Assembly: GCA_934699095.1 (NCBI GenBank)
Contig: CAKUVI010000003.1
Span: 67,785 to 131,784 of the forward strand
Reading direction: 5' to 3'
DNA from: an uncultured Bacteroidales bacterium
GTDB taxonomy: Bacteria; Bacteroidota; Bacteroidia; Bacteroidales; WCHB1-69
DNA: 64,000 nt
Notes under the pieces: model-generated
Databases searched by the model: none
Seen by the model: only the letters and a program-made list of their open reading frames with translations
Told to the model about the DNA's origin: nothing
Shown here: piece after piece, positions 63,340 through 64,000 of the stretch
Layout of the letters: the number at the start of each line of letters is the position of its first letter
How positions within the stretch are numbered: position 1 is the stretch's first letter
Program-made: the position numbers and the translations under genes

Positions 63340-64000
63340 ATGTCAGATATTTATCAACCCATCAACATCGGCGGAGTGATGTTACGCAATAGTGTTTTGC
63401 GTGCAGCCACTGACGAGGCAATGGCAGATTCAAGTGGTTTTCCGTCCGACCAACTTGCAACACTTTACGAGCGACTTGCCAAAGGTGGTGTGGGCGGCAT
63501 CATCACCGGCTACATGGGTATCAACTGCAATGGTCGCTCTCCGCAGGATGGAATGTGCCTTATTGACAAAGATGACAAGATAGAGCCGTTGCGCGATATA
63601 GTGAAGCGTGTACATGCTTTAGACACTCCGATAATTGTGCAGATAGCACATTGCGGGCGCAATGGGGCTGAAAAATACCAAAAAGTGGGTGAATTTACCG
63701 ACACCCGGATTGAGGCAGTCATCAGTGATTTCGTGCAAGCCGTGCGCAGAGCCAAAGAGGCGGAGTTTGATGCGGCGGAGTTGCATTGCGCCCATGGCTA
63801 TCTATTGAGTGAGTTTCTTTCTCCCAAGACCAACCACCGCTGTGATAAATGGGGCGGCAGCGTGGAAAATCGTTTCCGCATTGTGCGAGAGATCATGCTG
63901 CGCGTACGAGAGCAAATGCCGGATTTCCCCGTTTGGGCGAAAATCAACGGAATGGAAGGCAAAGGCATCACACCTGCTTTGGCAGCACAATACGCACGGC
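63340..64000 (+). CDS. NADH:flavin oxidoreductase (Old Yellow Enzyme family), 3'-partial (runs off the window end)
   Basis: My own translation from the ATG at 63340: MSDIYQPINIGGVMLRNSVLRAAT...IVQIAHCGR...ELHCAHGYLLSEFLSPKTNHRCDKWGGSVENRFR. The frame is open to the end of the window, so it is absent from the ORF track. Confidence 0.8.
   Translation, partial: MSDIYQPINIGGVMLRNSVLRAATDEAMADSSGFPSDQLATLYERLAKGGVGGIITGYMGINCNGRSPQDGMCLIDKDDKIEPLRDIVKRVHALDTPIIVQIAHCGRNGAEKYQKVGEFTDTRIEAVISDFVQAVRRAKEAEFDAAELHCAHGYLLSEFLSPKTNHRCDKWGGSVENRFRIVREIMLRVREQMPDFPVWAKINGMEGKGITPALAAQYAR

Overview
The window looks like a Bacteroidota (Bacteroidales-like) chromosome. Evidence: T9SS C-terminal sorting domains, an S46 dipeptidyl-peptidase, an HcpR/hcp module, and TAnnTTTG -7 promoter boxes close to start codons. 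Nt 1-17.6 kb is an orderly, mostly plus-strand housekeeping block: GT2, a dksA-like gene, lspA, S46 peptidase, porin plus pstSCAB, and cysD-cysN-cysH. From about 17.6 kb onward it is a compositionally patchy accessory mosaic. It holds T9SS beta-helix proteins, an LD-carboxypeptidase::VanX fusion, six hexapeptide acetyltransferases, small redox and detoxification genes (aldo/keto reductases, flavodoxin-like, TIGR04076, PhzF, OYE), sugE, a Vat-like acetyltransferase, Fic and two DUF4143 AAA ATPases. This part is full of segmental duplications, deletion scars and short repeat families. The main finding is at 37843-41571. A single 1242-aa MmeI-type (type IIL) restriction-modification ORF is split, just before the catalytic NPPF motif, by a 975-nt in-frame block. 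That block encodes an apparently intact REP-associated HUH/tyrosine transposase (RAYT) flanked by phased REP-like hairpin and tandem-repeat modules. Other notable signals are: a 34-bp direct duplication bracketing the 5.5-kb segment that carries this gene; a GTTAAC-centred hairpin repeat family (5 copies); a cassette-like gene array at 57-63 kb with a conserved ~19-nt intergenic linker and duplicated chimeric mini-ORFs; nested direct repeats around a secreted-protein gene; and a candidate HcpR operator. No rRNA, tRNA or CRISPR array was seen. All functional calls come from motif recognition by eye. No database search was run.
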